A stretch of 63,917 bases of DNA, filler included, from Octopus bimaculoides (lineage: Eukaryota): assembly GCF_001194135.2 (NCBI RefSeq). It is 7 parts of 5 records of this genome, joined end to end, with 100 filler letters (N's around TTAATTAATTAA, not from the genome) between each part and the next. Parts side by side here need not be neighbours in the genome. Positions count along the whole stretch, not along the records: positions 62,694 to 63,917 come from NW_026435771.1; 6 more parts are not named here. One strand, given 5' to 3'. This document shows, in pieces, positions 63,283 through 63,917 of the stretch. Position 1 is the stretch's first letter. Each line of letters begins with the position of its first letter. The notes beneath the pieces were generated by a model. That model did not search any database. It was not told where the DNA came from and saw nothing but the letters and a program-made list of their open reading frames with translations. The position numbers and the translations under genes were made by a program.

Positions 63283-63500
63283 ATCATCATCATCATCGTC
63301 GTCATCGTCGTCGTCACCGTCATTTAGCATATGTTGTCCATGTTGGCATGGGTTGGACAGTTTGACCAGGGACGGTAAGCTGAGGGGGTGCATCAGACTC
63401 CGGTCTGTTGTGGCATGGATTCTACGGCTGGATGCCCTTCCTAATGCCAACCACTCTGAGTGTAACGGGTGCTTTTACATGCAGCCAGCACGGGTGCCGG
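63283..63500 (-). mobile_element. RTE-type retroposon/SINE 3' tail, second copy
   Basis: catcatcatcgtc...ccatgttggcatgggttggacag...ctacggctggatgcccttcctaatgccaaccactctgagtgtaacgggtgcttttac. Confidence 0.7.
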
Positions 63501-63917
63501 TTCTGTGACACAAGTATTTGCAATGACAACAATTTCTCTTGGTTCGATGGGTCTTCTCAAACACGCCATATTGTCACAGGGCTCGGTCATTTTGTCACAG
63601 GTCTTGACGTCGTAAGCGCCGGAGTGCCAGCAACAACAACAACTATATGTACATAGGTCTATGTGTGCAATGCGATGTGTGTGTGTGTGTGTGTGTCTAG
63701 CTGTGAGTATGTGTACATGTGTGATGCGTGTGCATAGTTGTGAGCATGTGATGTGTGTGTGTGTGTGTGCATATGCAGCAGTGAGCACATGTATGTGTGA
63801 GTGTGTAGCTATGAGCCTGTGTACACGTGTGTGAGTGTGAAGCTGCATATGTACGTACGTGTGTGTGTGTGTGTGGGGTGCAACAATGCGTAGTTGTGTG
63901 TAAGTGTGTAGCTAAGA

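Noticed and set aside
1722-63848. Long ORFs in the track rich in IY, HT, CV, LS, poly-L/I/Y or X
   Set aside because: They are translations of (AT)n, (CA)n, (CT)n and (AAT)n microsatellites or run through N gaps; no coding evidence.

Overview
AT-rich, microsatellite-saturated, gap-ridden animal genomic scaffold. The SINE families and repeat landscape point to a cephalopod, probably Octopus (inference). Only one host protein-coding segment is confidently recognisable: a + strand exon (55750 to at least 56359, cut by a gap) encoding the C-terminal part of the catalytic domain of G/T mismatch thymine DNA glycosylase (TDG/Thd1) plus a long Pro/Ser-rich tail. Everything else I can identify is transposable-element debris. 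That includes three tRNA-derived SINE families, at least eight 3' fragments of restriction-like-endonuclease (RLE; R4/Dong/NeSL-type) LINEs, two unrelated Penelope-like RT remnants, many Tc1/mariner remnants and MITEs, a Buster-type hAT remnant present in two orientations, and RTE-type tails. Most ORFs in the supplied track are artefacts of dinucleotide repeats and N gaps. I found no strong evidence of a new multi-gene system. The most interesting structures are a non-autonomous mariner family built from two inverted 5' ends, a 64-66 bp GC-rich hairpin that looks like a Merlin-type MITE, a cluster of (AAT)n-associated RLE LINE tails with a possibly polymorphic insertion, and conserved SUMO-module motifs in the TDG tail. 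All translations and alignments were done by eye; boundaries of decayed elements are approximate (about 10-30 bp).
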